Of a stretch of 64,000 bases of DNA, positions 41,479 to 50,878 are shown one piece after another. Position 1 is the first letter of the stretch, and each line of letters opens with the position of its first letter. Under the pieces are notes generated by a model, which ran no database searches, was not told the DNA's origin, and worked only from the letters and a program-made list of their open reading frames with translations. The position numbers were made by a program, and so were the translations under genes. Source of the stretch: an uncultured virus (IMG/VR IMGVR_UViG_3300035208_003515) (lineage: Duplodnaviria; Heunggongvirae; Uroviricota; Caudoviricetes); IMG/VR virus record IMGVR_UViG_3300035208_003515. One strand, given 5' to 3'.

Positions 41479-42582
41479 ATGGGAAAGAATATAGCGAAGG
41501 ATTTTGAAAGAATGTGGAAAGTGGCAAATGATAAGGCTATTGATGCTGTCTTATCAGCAGCAGATGATGAAGATATGAAAGATCGTAAACTAATAGACTG
41601 TCGAATTGCAGATCAAAGGGCACAGTATCTTAAAATGATGTTTGATATGTACAATCCTTCACAATCTACTAACTTCAGTATATAAGATGAAAAAGCACTG
41701 GAAAACAATCTTAATATGGATAGGTGGGATAACTCTTGGTGGAGTCATATCTTACTTTATGGGCTTGGCTGTGCAAAGTATTTTGAAGCAACAGAAGGTA
41801 TCTTATACACTTGACATCGGTAACAACTGGTGGCTGGTATCAGCGATATTTATACTGATGTTCGGGCTTGTTGTAGCCGGATTCTTTTTGGGACGGAAAC
41901 TTGAAAATCATTAAAGCCATCTGTGCGTTTATCGACTGGTTATTGATTTTTCACGGCTATGACCTGTATGGTAACTATGAGCGAAAAGGATTTCCCGTAG
42001 CATCCTTTAAATGCAAGTACTGTGGAGATTTTTATAAGTCTATACTAAGGAATGATACCTGTAGTAAACTAAGATGTTTCGTAGGCTACAGAGCGAGGTA
42101 AAGAAATGGAGTTCGTGTCAACCTGTTATTCAATCCAAACCATAGAGGAGCTATGTAAAATCCTTGTTGCAAAAAAACACGCCCGTCTTTTACATGATAG
42201 TTCTAAGTATCTAAAGACACCGGACGGACGTATTGACCATCCTGGTAATAAATTTAATGTTAAACAGTATGAAGTAGAGGCGCACAACCATTACGAAGCC
42301 AACTATCAGGTATTCGTGGGCAAATCATTTGAAGCCATAGATGTATCTGTACGCTTCTGGTATGACAAGAGAATAGACAAAGCCGGAGTCAAGATCAGCA
42401 GGGCAGGGCTTAATCTTATACTTAAATCTATGACTGTAGTGGGGCTTCTCCGACAATTGAATTTAAAGGTCACTAATAATGGGACGGATGAGGTTAATCT
42501 TGACCTTGTAAAAGACGTACTTACACAGGCTATTAAACTAAAATCAGCAGTTGATTCTAAGATTGAAATTGTAACTGAATAG
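41479..42582 (+). other. Four small hypothetical ORFs (41479-41685, 41642-41914, 41901-42101, 42106-42582)
   Basis: ORF track; contiguous with RBS. Confidence 0.6.
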
Positions 42583-42584
42583 CT

Positions 42585-44156
42585 ATGAAGTGGATCGCTC
42601 CTACAATTCTATCCCTTTCAATCGGTTTAGCTATTTTATTTCGTGTTGTGTTGCCGTGGGCACAGGTCTTTGGTGGTAGTGTCCTTTTAAACACACCTGA
42701 TGCCTATATTATGGTAAGGTATGCAGACTGCTGGCCTGATATCCCATCTTATGATTACTTTATGGACTTTCCACAAGGTTCTAACGTCTTAATTACAGTA
42801 TGGCCTTCAGCTATTGCTATGTTTGCCCGAATCATCGGTGTGAGTAATATGATCTCGGCTGCGGTTTTACCTCCTATCCTTTTCCTATTTACGTTAATTC
42901 CAGTCTATATAATAGGCCGTACTCTTTTTAATAAGTGGGTAGGTGTAGGCGCTGTGGCGATTTTTTGTCTATTACCAGGGGAGATTCTAAACCGGACAAT
43001 GCTTGGCGCTGCGGATTATCACGCATGGGAGATATTCTTAGTCTCTAATATAATGATGCTGGTCATTATCGCTGCCGAGAATTATAAGCGTCCTATAGAC
43101 CTATTCTTTTACTCTGTCGGAGCTATCGGGTTGTGGGTTCTCTACTGGTATTCATGGGTTGGTTCGGTATGGTTATTATTCGTCCTGGGAGTTTGCTTGA
43201 CAATATGGGTTGTCCTGAATACTCGTAAACCTGTGCTTCTCGGGATGTATATGCTTGGTGGACTTGGGATGCTGGCAGGTGCGCTTTTAATCTCACCTGA
43301 AAGAACGAAGTTTTATGCCCTGCAATTCCTCAATATTTTTACCGTCAACCTTTCTAACGTAGTGACTGAGGAATTTCCGGTGTTCTTTTCGTACGGAAAG
43401 TTCGACCTTAATACAATCTGGTTGTACTTCGGGATTACCTTTTATATCGTCTTGATAGGGTTGGGATGGCTGGTTTACCGTTACTTAAAAGAGAGGAAGC
43501 CGGTTGACCTTGTATTCTTGATATGGACGATAGTTTCGCTGGCTATGATGATAGCGAGGCGCAGGTTTGATTATTACTTTGCTATCAATGCTGCCATTAT
43601 CACTTCGTTCGTTCTTGTCTCAGTAGCGCAGTACCTAAGTATAAACAAAGCTACAATAGTTAAGATAGGAGTGGTGGTTGCACTCGCTGTCTGTCTACCA
43701 TTGATACGGGCTGATATCTATATTTCAACAGCAGATACCTATATGCCAAAAGACTGGCAAAATGCCACACAATATCTTAAAGAGGAAAGCGACTACAAAA
43801 CTTACGTAAAAGGCGGTGAATACAAGTTTGGTGTGTTTTCATGGTGGGACTATGGATACTGGATTATTAAAGAGTCCCATTTGCCCACATATTGTCAAGG
43901 ATCAGAGCGGGACTTAGAGGGTAGTATATTGGTATCGACAGAGCCAGAAAAGGCCGTGGCGAGCCTTAGAGCGCTGAAAATGCGGTTCGTGGTAGTGGAC
44001 ACGGATATGCTAAAAGACAAGTGGTATCCAATTTCAAAAGGGAGGGTAGTTGAAAAGGAGAAGACGCTGGTATATAAATTGTGCAATTCAGAAGCAGTGG
44101 AAGGGTTTAAAATGGTTTACGAATCAGGTCAAGTTAAAGTTTACGAGGTAAAATGA
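42585..44156 (+). CDS. aglB: Oligosaccharyltransferase, STT3/AglB/PglB family
   Basis: Multi-TM; TPDAY, ADYH, VVTEE, RRF, WWDYG and DxxMxxxK (DTDMLKDK) motifs. Confidence 0.92.
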   Translation: MKWIAPTILSLSIGLAILFRVVLPWAQVFGGSVLLNTPDAYIMVRYADCWPDIPSYDYFMDFPQGSNVLITVWPSAIAMFARIIGVSNMISAAVLPPILFLFTLIPVYIIGRTLFNKWVGVGAVAIFCLLPGEILNRTMLGAADYHAWEIFLVSNIMMLVIIAAENYKRPIDLFFYSVGAIGLWVLYWYSWVGSVWLLFVLGVCLTIWVVLNTRKPVLLGMYMLGGLGMLAGALLISPERTKFYALQFLNIFTVNLSNVVTEEFPVFFSYGKFDLNTIWLYFGITFYIVLIGLGWLVYRYLKERKPVDLVFLIWTIVSLAMMIARRRFDYYFAINAAIITSFVLVSVAQYLSINKATIVKIGVVVALAVCLPLIRADIYISTADTYMPKDWQNATQYLKEESDYKTYVKGGEYKFGVFSWWDYGYWIIKESHLPTYCQGSERDLEGSILVSTEPEKAVASLRALKMRFVVVDTDMLKDKWYPISKGRVVEKEKTLVYKLCNSEAVEGFKMVYESGQVKVYEVK

Positions 44157-44308
44157 AACACAAGCTTGTATGTCTTAGATGTGGCAAGGAATGGGAGTCA
44201 GAAGATAAGTTTGTTGACCGTTGCCCTTGCTGCAAAAGCTATAAATATGATACTCCACCAGAGTCAAATTATATTCATATAGTAAGGATAAAGAAAAATG
44301 AAGTGTGA
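44153..44308 (+). CDS. Small zinc-ribbon protein (51 aa)
   Basis: Not in track; CLRCGKEW...RCPCCKSY; similar pattern to the 18952 ORF. Confidence 0.6.
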   Translation: MKHKLVCLRCGKEWESEDKFVDRCPCCKSYKYDTPPESNYIHIVRIKKNEV

Positions 44309-44486
44309 AAAATGTGGCAGGGACAACCTATCCGAACGTGAATTAGAGGTACATTTGAAATATTATCATATGCAAGATAATAACCAGCAGCGGATTAGCG
44401 CCGGTGTATGTCCTGATTGCCGTGGGGATTTATGGCATGAAAGCGGCTGTATTTCCTGCCATTCCTGCGGGTATAGTAAGTGTTAG
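44298..44486 (+). CDS. Small double zinc-finger protein
   Basis: CEKC..H...H plus CPDC...GCISCHSCGYSKC. Confidence 0.7.
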   Translation: MKCEKCGRDNLSERELEVHLKYYHMQDNNQQRISAGVCPDCRGDLWHESGCISCHSCGYSKC

Positions 44487-44495
44487 GAGAGTAAA

Positions 44496-45167
44496 ATGAT
44501 AGCAGCAGTAATTCCAGCCTACAATTCAGAAAAGCATATAATGGATATAGTCAAGAAAACCTCTGCATTTGTTGATATAGTCATAGTAGTAGACAATAAT
44601 TCGCATGATAAAACAGCCAGGTTAGCGGAATGTGTAGGTGCTATGGTAATACATGAATATATCCAGGGTGCAGGTGCAGCTACTAATCGAGGTATGCAGA
44701 TAGCGAAAGCGATGGGGGCAGACATAGTAGTGACCTTAGATGCGGATGGTCAACATAATCCAATGGATATTCCACGGGTAGTAGAACCTGTCTTGAGAAA
44801 TGATGCTGATGTGGTATTCGGGTCACGTTTCAAGAATCAGAATGTAATCCCATATTATCGTAGGTTTGGGATTAAAGTAATTACGTTATGCTGTAATTTG
44901 TACTCAAAGGAGTGGCTAACGGATGCTCAGTGCGGGCTAAGGGCTTTCAGTAAATTCGCACTAAAGGCTTTTAATATAGAAGAGCATGGGTACGGTGTTA
45001 TGATAGAAGAGGTAATGAAAGCCAAGAAGCTCTATTTAAGAATAAGTGAAGTACCTGTGCAATGCTTCTATCACGGGTTAAAAAATGACTCACATATGAA
45101 TCCGGTTAAACAGGGGATTTTAACTTTACTCTGTATTTTGAAATGGCGACTTAAATTAATGATTTGA
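44496..45167 (+). CDS. GT2 glycosyltransferase (polyprenol-phosphate sugar synthase-like)
   Basis: IPAYN, VVDNNSHDKT, LDADGQH, GSRF, TDAQCGLRAF. Confidence 0.9.
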   Translation: MIAAVIPAYNSEKHIMDIVKKTSAFVDIVIVVDNNSHDKTARLAECVGAMVIHEYIQGAGAATNRGMQIAKAMGADIVVTLDADGQHNPMDIPRVVEPVLRNDADVVFGSRFKNQNVIPYYRRFGIKVITLCCNLYSKEWLTDAQCGLRAFSKFALKAFNIEEHGYGVMIEEVMKAKKLYLRISEVPVQCFYHGLKNDSHMNPVKQGILTLLCILKWRLKLMI

Positions 45168-45177
45168 GGAGTGAGAT

Positions 45178-45504
45178 ATGACTGAAAGACCAAGTTGTAA
45201 GAATTGCGAAGAGGCACTGGTTAAGATTAAACACGGCTACCACTGTCCCAACTGTCATTCTCTTTATACAAAAGAACTGAAGATGGTATGGGATGGTGCG
45301 AAAATGAGCAGGGTCATAGTATTGAAGGTATGTAAATATTCAGGGTGTGGGAAAGAATTGGTACAAAAGCCAAATGAGCACCCTGCGGTTTTCAAAAAGC
45401 GGGTCTATTGTGATACCAGGTGCGCTATCGCCGGTCAAAGGGAAGCAAAACACTGGAGGCATGACGGATGGCTCACTATGCCGTCAAAGGACAAGGATTT
45501 ATAA
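45178..45504 (+). CDS. Cys-rich zinc-binding protein
   Basis: Several CxxC motifs. Confidence 0.6.
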   Translation: MTERPSCKNCEEALVKIKHGYHCPNCHSLYTKELKMVWDGAKMSRVIVLKVCKYSGCGKELVQKPNEHPAVFKKRVYCDTRCAIAGQREAKHWRHDGWLTMPSKDKDL

Positions 45505-45536
45505 CTATTGACTAATTATAAATAAGTAAGTAAGAT
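45503..45536 (+). promoter_or_regulatory. sigma70 promoter with AACTA-TTGAC motif (near-leaderless mRNA)
   Basis: AACTA-TTGACT-17-TAAGAT; ATG at 45546. Confidence 0.7.
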
Positions 45537-45545
45537 AGTAGAACG

Positions 45546-45908
45546 ATGTTTAAGCAGCGCAAAATTGGCATATTCTTAGGGATGGCGAAGACTATTATTG
45601 GGAATATCTCGCCCTATGCCGGATACTTGACACTGGCATTGGTGGGGATAATGAGCTTTTACAATACCATCTATCCGTTGTTTAGTAGTTGGGGGATTGA
45701 GATATCGTTTTGGGTATTCTGTGCTGTGCTTGTTTTAATCATATTTATAGTGGCAGTATTGGAGTATGTGTTTATGATGCCCTCATATTATGAAGCAGGC
45801 AATAGGCAGGCGTGGGATGCAGGCGGGCCATTACAAGACAAGATCACTCAGATGGAAAAAGATATTAGCGAAATAAAGAGACTGATAAAAGATGGGCAAA
45901 GAAATTAA
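45546..45908 (+). CDS. Two-TM membrane protein with C-terminal coiled coil
   Basis: Hydrophobicity. Confidence 0.65.
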   Translation: MFKQRKIGIFLGMAKTIIGNISPYAGYLTLALVGIMSFYNTIYPLFSSWGIEISFWVFCAVLVLIIFIVAVLEYVFMMPSYYEAGNRQAWDAGGPLQDKITQMEKDISEIKRLIKDGQRN

Positions 45909-46386
45909 ACTCCGTGGATTTGAACATTCCGACCTTGAAACCTATCGTGGATGGGTAAACGACACTAAAATCGGTGCTTTAATAGGCCGGTCAAAACCTG
46001 TTACTCAGCAGGAACATGAGCAGTGGTATTCAGATTTAATGACAAACAGGGATGCCTTAGTGTTTGCTATTGAAGTAAATTCCCAATATATAGGTAATGT
46101 ATGGCTATGGGATATTGATTGGTTGAATAGAAAAGCTGAAGTCAGAATCTTGATAGGTGAAAGGCATGGACTTGGATTCGGCACTGAGGCGCTTGAATTA
46201 ATCACAAAACACGCCTTCGATAAACTGAACCTTAACCGGCTTTATGCTTATGTGTTCACTCATAATAAACGGGCAAAAGGCGCATTTGAACAGGCACGTT
46301 TCCAGGTTGAATGGACTTTAAAGAGTGAGCGGTTTATTGATGGGGGATATGTAGATACATTAATAATGGCGAGGTTAAAGGAATGA
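45892..46386 (+). CDS. GNAT N-acetyltransferase (RimL/PseH-like)
   Basis: HGLGFGTEAL...LNLNRLYAYVFTHNKRA. Confidence 0.85.
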   Translation: MGKEIKLRGFEHSDLETYRGWVNDTKIGALIGRSKPVTQQEHEQWYSDLMTNRDALVFAIEVNSQYIGNVWLWDIDWLNRKAEVRILIGERHGLGFGTEALELITKHAFDKLNLNRLYAYVFTHNKRAKGAFEQARFQVEWTLKSERFIDGGYVDTLIMARLKE

Positions 46387-46787
46387 GTAAACGATATTGG
46401 CATAAATTACAGGATTCTACTATCAAGCGGTTGGTCAAGAATAAAGTAACGATTCAAGAATGTATGAAGCGATATAAGCAGCCTGATTGGTGCGAGTATC
46501 CTAATGCTCTTGAAGGTGTAATGGGATGTTGGTCACTTATGGACTCAATGGACTTGAGACACAAGATATCATTGGAATACTGTGCAAGTTGTGAATGTTG
46601 CAAAGGGATTACTCAAAAAGAACACAAGCACAAAGGTGATAGTATTGTATGTCCATTCTGTGGTCATAAAGTGTGGTGGAACAACAAACTACACTCTACT
46701 TGTGGTCACGTTTATAGTCAGAAGGAAGATAATATGCATACGCCAAGTCGCTTTGTTACGTATTTTCATCCTGCTAAAAGGAATTAA
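46383..46787 (+). CDS. Cys-rich hypothetical protein
   Basis: ORF track. Confidence 0.6.
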   Translation: MSKRYWHKLQDSTIKRLVKNKVTIQECMKRYKQPDWCEYPNALEGVMGCWSLMDSMDLRHKISLEYCASCECCKGITQKEHKHKGDSIVCPFCGHKVWWNNKLHSTCGHVYSQKEDNMHTPSRFVTYFHPAKRN

Positions 46788-46790
46788 GTA

Positions 46791-47696
46791 ATGGAATTTG
46801 ACAGAGAGGCCATAAAAGACAACTTAAAGCTCTACGATTTCCCCATCAATGTCATAGTAGAGACAAGCTCATATTGTAATTTAGAATGTTCTATCTGCCC
46901 TAATCCCTTTATGAAGCGGAAAAAGGGTAATATGGACTTTGAAGTATTCAAGAAAATAGTAGATGAAGTTGCAGAGCGACCTGAAACTACTTTATGGCTG
47001 GCATTACTGGGTGAACCTTTAATGAATGCCGACCAGTTGATAGATATGGTCTACTATGCCAAAAGAATAGGCTTAAAAGATGTCCGGCTGAATACCAATG
47101 GGTTACTTTTAACAGAGAGGATTTCCTCTGAATTAGTAGATGCTGGATTGGATTATGTCTTGGTATCAGTAGATGCCTTCGAACCTTCAACCTATAAAAA
47201 GATACGGGTAGGTGGGGATTTATGGAAACTGGAAGCAAATGTTGAAAACCTAATTATGATCCGGTATGAGAATAAATCACAATTAAAGGTAGTGGTGCAG
47301 TTTATTGTAATGGAAGAGAATGAAGAGGAAGTGGAGCTTTTCAAGGACTTCTGGTTAGAAACCGGAGCAATCGTCAAAATCCGCCCGAAGCTCAGTTGGG
47401 GAAATACAATCGAGGCCAAGAACCTCAACCTTGAGCAGAAAGATAGGACATATCCCTGCCCCTGGTTAGCAAGGACAGTATCTATTCAGTGGACAGGAAG
47501 ATTAGCACAATGTGATTTTGATTATGAGGGCGTTTATTCTCCAGGTGATATAAGAACACAGTCTATTAAAGAGATATGGGATGGTGAAATATTAAAACGC
47601 AGACAAAAGCACGTTGCGGGGGATTTTACACATCCTTTATGCGCTACTTGCAAAGACTGGCAGGTGGGGCTGGCACAGTATTTTGGAGTTAAATGA
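46791..47696 (+). CDS. Radical SAM protein with SPASM/twitch domain
   Basis: CNLECSIC; GEPL; C-terminal CPW...C...CATC. Confidence 0.9.
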   Translation: MEFDREAIKDNLKLYDFPINVIVETSSYCNLECSICPNPFMKRKKGNMDFEVFKKIVDEVAERPETTLWLALLGEPLMNADQLIDMVYYAKRIGLKDVRLNTNGLLLTERISSELVDAGLDYVLVSVDAFEPSTYKKIRVGGDLWKLEANVENLIMIRYENKSQLKVVVQFIVMEENEEEVELFKDFWLETGAIVKIRPKLSWGNTIEAKNLNLEQKDRTYPCPWLARTVSIQWTGRLAQCDFDYEGVYSPGDIRTQSIKEIWDGEILKRRQKHVAGDFTHPLCATCKDWQVGLAQYFGVK

Positions 47697-47725
47697 TTGA
47701 CAAATAGGCTTTGTGTCTATAATAT
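47697..47725 (+). promoter_or_regulatory. sigma70 promoter of an inserted two-gene cassette
   Basis: TTGACA followed by overlapping TATAAT/TAATAT. Confidence 0.6.
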
Positions 47726-47749
47726 AGATAGTAAATAGGAGTGAATGGC

Positions 47750-47917
47750 ATGGACATGTTTCGTGCGGATAACTTAGCAGCAGCTAAAGGAATAGCCAAA
47801 GTAGAGGGCAAGCGGTTAGGAAAGAGGTTGCAGGTCTATCATCCCCGTGGCACAAAGACTTGGTGGGTATGCACAGCAAAGAGATGGAAGGCCAGCGGCT
47901 TGAAATTTGATAAGTAG
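47750..47917 (+). CDS. Small basic protein (55 aa)
   Basis: Not in track; AGGAG RBS; MDMFRADNLAAAKGIAKVEGKRLGKRLQVYHPRGTKTWWV... Confidence 0.65.
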   Translation: MDMFRADNLAAAKGIAKVEGKRLGKRLQVYHPRGTKTWWVCTAKRWKASGLKFDK

Positions 47918-47925
47918 GAAGTAGC

Positions 47926-48099
47926 ATGAGCATATTCAATAAAGTCATCAATGGCAAGACATATCATTTTCGTGGAATAGTCAAGACAAGGCAAGAGGCA
48001 AAGGATAGATGCAAAAAGATTAGGGAATCAGGATATGAAGCAATTGTCCGTGAGTCGCTTGCCAAGAGTCAACCAGGTTATATAATCTGGGGAAGATGA
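47926..48099 (+). CDS. Small basic protein (57 aa), paralog of 334..579
   Basis: Not in track; KVINGKTYHFRGIVKTRQEAKDRCKKIRESGYEAIVRE. Confidence 0.7.
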   Translation: MSIFNKVINGKTYHFRGIVKTRQEAKDRCKKIRESGYEAIVRESLAKSQPGYIIWGR

Positions 48100-48180
48100 C
48101 TAACTACCAGCAGATTCGTCAGGGCTTTCTGATTGCAACAGAAAGAGCAAAGAGGACTGGAAACAGCGATTAGACGAATA

Positions 48181-48212
48181 AGCCCCGACCTTAATTGGAA
48201 GGGGCTATTTTT
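48181..48212 (+). terminator. Intrinsic terminator closing the cassette
   Basis: AGCCCC...GGGGCT then ATTTTT. Confidence 0.6.
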
Positions 48213-48214
48213 AT

Positions 48215-48248
48215 AACTATTGACTAAACACTACTTAATAAGTAACAT
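48215..48248 (+). promoter_or_regulatory. sigma70 promoter with AACTA-TTGAC motif (near-leaderless mRNA)
   Basis: AACTA-TTGACT-17-TAACAT; ATG at 48257. Confidence 0.7.
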
Positions 48249-48256
48249 AAGTAGAT

Positions 48257-49180
48257 ATGAAGATAAAAGAGCTTGATTTTCCCCGCATGGTTGTCCTATC
48301 AGTAACCTATCGCTGCAATTCAAAGTGCCCCTCTTGCCCCTATGTACAGAGTAAAATCCGACAGAGTTACAAAGACACACCCTTCATGCCTCCAGGAGTA
48401 TTTAAAAAGATAGCGGATGAATGTGGTAAATATCATTCAGTCATAAGATTAACAGGTGGTGGTGAACCTCTCTTACATCCACAGATGGTAGAATTAATTG
48501 AATATGCCAAAGATAAAGGCGCAAAGATCGGGTTGATAACTAACGGGTCACTTCTAAACCTTTTTAAAGTACACCGATTGTTAAATTGTGATATTGATGC
48601 AATCGAAATTTCCGCAGATGCAGCAGATAAAGAGACATATTCTAAGATAAGAGTGGGATTAGACTTTGACCGACTACTTACTAATGTAAAGCTACTGATG
48701 CATTGGCGTAACCAGTTAGAAGCTGAAACAAAGGTAATCGTCAGCATCGTCAATCAGAAGGGAGTAGATGTAGAAAACGCAGTCAAATTCTGGGACAAAA
48801 TAGTAGACAAGGTGCAGGTCAGGAAATACTTAACCTGGAATATAGGGGATGCTGAAAAGTCCGGTGATCCTGAACCACTGATGAAAGACAGAGAGCCTTG
48901 CCCCTATCCTTTTGAAAGATTAAATTTCGACAGCAGGGGGAAAGCAGTGCTCTGTTCATTTGACATAGCAGGGGAAACAGACTTCGGTAACGTAAAGGAA
49001 CAGTCTATTCAAAGTATATGGAAAGGCGCAAAACTTACTCTGTTGCGTAAACTTTTACTTGCAGGTAAATATGAGAAAATAGACATATGCAAAAAGTGTC
49101 CTGATTGGAGATATAGGTCTTGGAATTATAACTATTGGAAGATCATTGAAGATGCGGAAAGGAAGCGGATAAGTGGGTAA
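48257..49180 (+). CDS. Radical SAM protein with SPASM/twitch domain
   Basis: CNSKCPSC; GGGEPLLHP; CPYPF...C...CKKC. Confidence 0.9.
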   Translation: MKIKELDFPRMVVLSVTYRCNSKCPSCPYVQSKIRQSYKDTPFMPPGVFKKIADECGKYHSVIRLTGGGEPLLHPQMVELIEYAKDKGAKIGLITNGSLLNLFKVHRLLNCDIDAIEISADAADKETYSKIRVGLDFDRLLTNVKLLMHWRNQLEAETKVIVSIVNQKGVDVENAVKFWDKIVDKVQVRKYLTWNIGDAEKSGDPEPLMKDREPCPYPFERLNFDSRGKAVLCSFDIAGETDFGNVKEQSIQSIWKGAKLTLLRKLLLAGKYEKIDICKKCPDWRYRSWNYNYWKIIEDAERKRISG

Positions 49181-49868
49181 AACAGCCGTAGTTTTGCAAC
49201 CCTCGTATCTCCCGTGGAGCGGCTATATGGCTCAGATGGATCAATCAGATGTATTTGTGATATACGATCTTGCCCAATTTGACTCACACGGCTGGAGAAA
49301 TCGTAACCGCATTAAAACAGCACAAGGTACACAATGGTTGACAGTCCCTACTTTTAAAAGCACCTTCCAGACAATCAAAGACGTATTGATAGACAATAGT
49401 GATAACTGGGCAACAAAGCATTTGAAAAGCATCAAACAAAACTACTCACGCTCCAAGTATTATGAAATGTATATCCCTATATTTGAAGATGTCTATTCTA
49501 AACAGTGGAAATACCTCTTAGACTTAGACATGGCGTTTATTCTGAAGATCAAAGACGTACTCAGTATCAATGCAGAAGTAAAATACTCCAGTGATTTAAA
49601 CCCAGAGGGCAACCGGATTACCAAACTAATAGACATATGTATTAAAATAGGAGCTACAGAGTTCCTTGAAGGCCATGCCGGAAAGGGTTATCTACAGGGA
49701 GAAGGTGAGCAGCTATTTAAAGATAATGGTATCAAATTGACATATCAGGACTACAACCATCCCGTATATCCTCAGTTATATGGGGAATTTGTATCTCACT
49801 TGTCGGTGATTGACCTATTATTCAACTGTGGAAAGGAAAGTTTGAATATTATAAGGAAGGGAGCATGA
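49173..49868 (+). CDS. wbqC: WbqC-family protein
   Basis: QPSYLPWSGY...NRNRIKT...WLTVP...YPQLYGEFVSHLSVIDLLFN. Confidence 0.88.
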   Translation: MGKTAVVLQPSYLPWSGYMAQMDQSDVFVIYDLAQFDSHGWRNRNRIKTAQGTQWLTVPTFKSTFQTIKDVLIDNSDNWATKHLKSIKQNYSRSKYYEMYIPIFEDVYSKQWKYLLDLDMAFILKIKDVLSINAEVKYSSDLNPEGNRITKLIDICIKIGATEFLEGHAGKGYLQGEGEQLFKDNGIKLTYQDYNHPVYPQLYGEFVSHLSVIDLLFNCGKESLNIIRKGA

Positions 49869-50878
49869 AAACACTCTTAGTTACCGGTGGCTGCGGCTTT
49901 ATCGGCAGCAACTTTGTACGCCGTATCATCAAAGAATACGATTATAAAGTTATAGTGTTGGATGCTTTAACTTATGCCGGATGTATGGACAATTTGCCAC
50001 GTGACCCACGGGTGCAATTCGTATTCGGAAATGTCTGCAACGCCGAGCTTGTCAATAAGTTGATTACTCAGGTTGACGCTGTAATCCACTTCGCCGCCGA
50101 ATCGCATGTCACCCGATCAATCTTCGACAACCTTTTATTCTTTGAAACAGATGTCTTAGGGACACAGGCCGTAGCCAATGCAGTAGCAGAACATGGCAAA
50201 CACATAGAACGGTTCATACATATATCAACTTCCGAGGTTTACGGGTCAGCGCATGGGGATTATATGAGTGAAACCGATCCACTTGAACCCGCCTCACCTT
50301 ATGCAGCAGCCAAAGCAGGAGCAGATAGATTAGTCTACTCATACTGGAATACCTATGATATACCAGCAGTCATACTTAGACCTTTTAATAATATGGGAGC
50401 TTTCCAGCACCTTGAGAAGCTCATTCCGAGATTTATCACGTCCTGTATCTTGAATGAGCCTTTGAATATTCATGGTGACGGATCGGCAAGCCGTGACTGG
50501 GTATATGTAGATGATACCTGTAGAGCCGTAGATTTAGCTTTACACTGTGATTTAAAAAAGGTCAAAGGTGAGGTCATAAACATAGGTACAGGCCGGAGCA
50601 TCGACATTCTAACTATCGCTAAAATGGTCATCAAAATGATGGGCAAATCAGAAAAACTCATCCACTACATAGAGGACAGGCCAGGGCAGGTCATAAGGCA
50701 TACATCCTCTACTGATAAATCATTAAAACTCTTAAACTGGAAAGCAGAAGTTAAATTTGAAGATGGTTTAGAGCGTACAATAGCATGGTATAAAGATAAT
50801 CAACAGTGGTGGGAACGGATGATTTGGATGCGGTCTATCCCTATCGTTACAAAGGACGGTAAGAAGGTGACGCATTGA
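49865..50878 (+). CDS. rmlB: NDP-sugar 4,6-dehydratase (RmlB-like SDR)
   Basis: GGCGFIG; DALTYAG; HFAAESHV; YAAAK. Confidence 0.88.
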   Translation: MKTLLVTGGCGFIGSNFVRRIIKEYDYKVIVLDALTYAGCMDNLPRDPRVQFVFGNVCNAELVNKLITQVDAVIHFAAESHVTRSIFDNLLFFETDVLGTQAVANAVAEHGKHIERFIHISTSEVYGSAHGDYMSETDPLEPASPYAAAKAGADRLVYSYWNTYDIPAVILRPFNNMGAFQHLEKLIPRFITSCILNEPLNIHGDGSASRDWVYVDDTCRAVDLALHCDLKKVKGEVINIGTGRSIDILTIAKMVIKMMGKSEKLIHYIEDRPGQVIRHTSSTDKSLKLLNWKAEVKFEDGLERTIAWYKDNQQWWERMIWMRSIPIVTKDGKKVTH

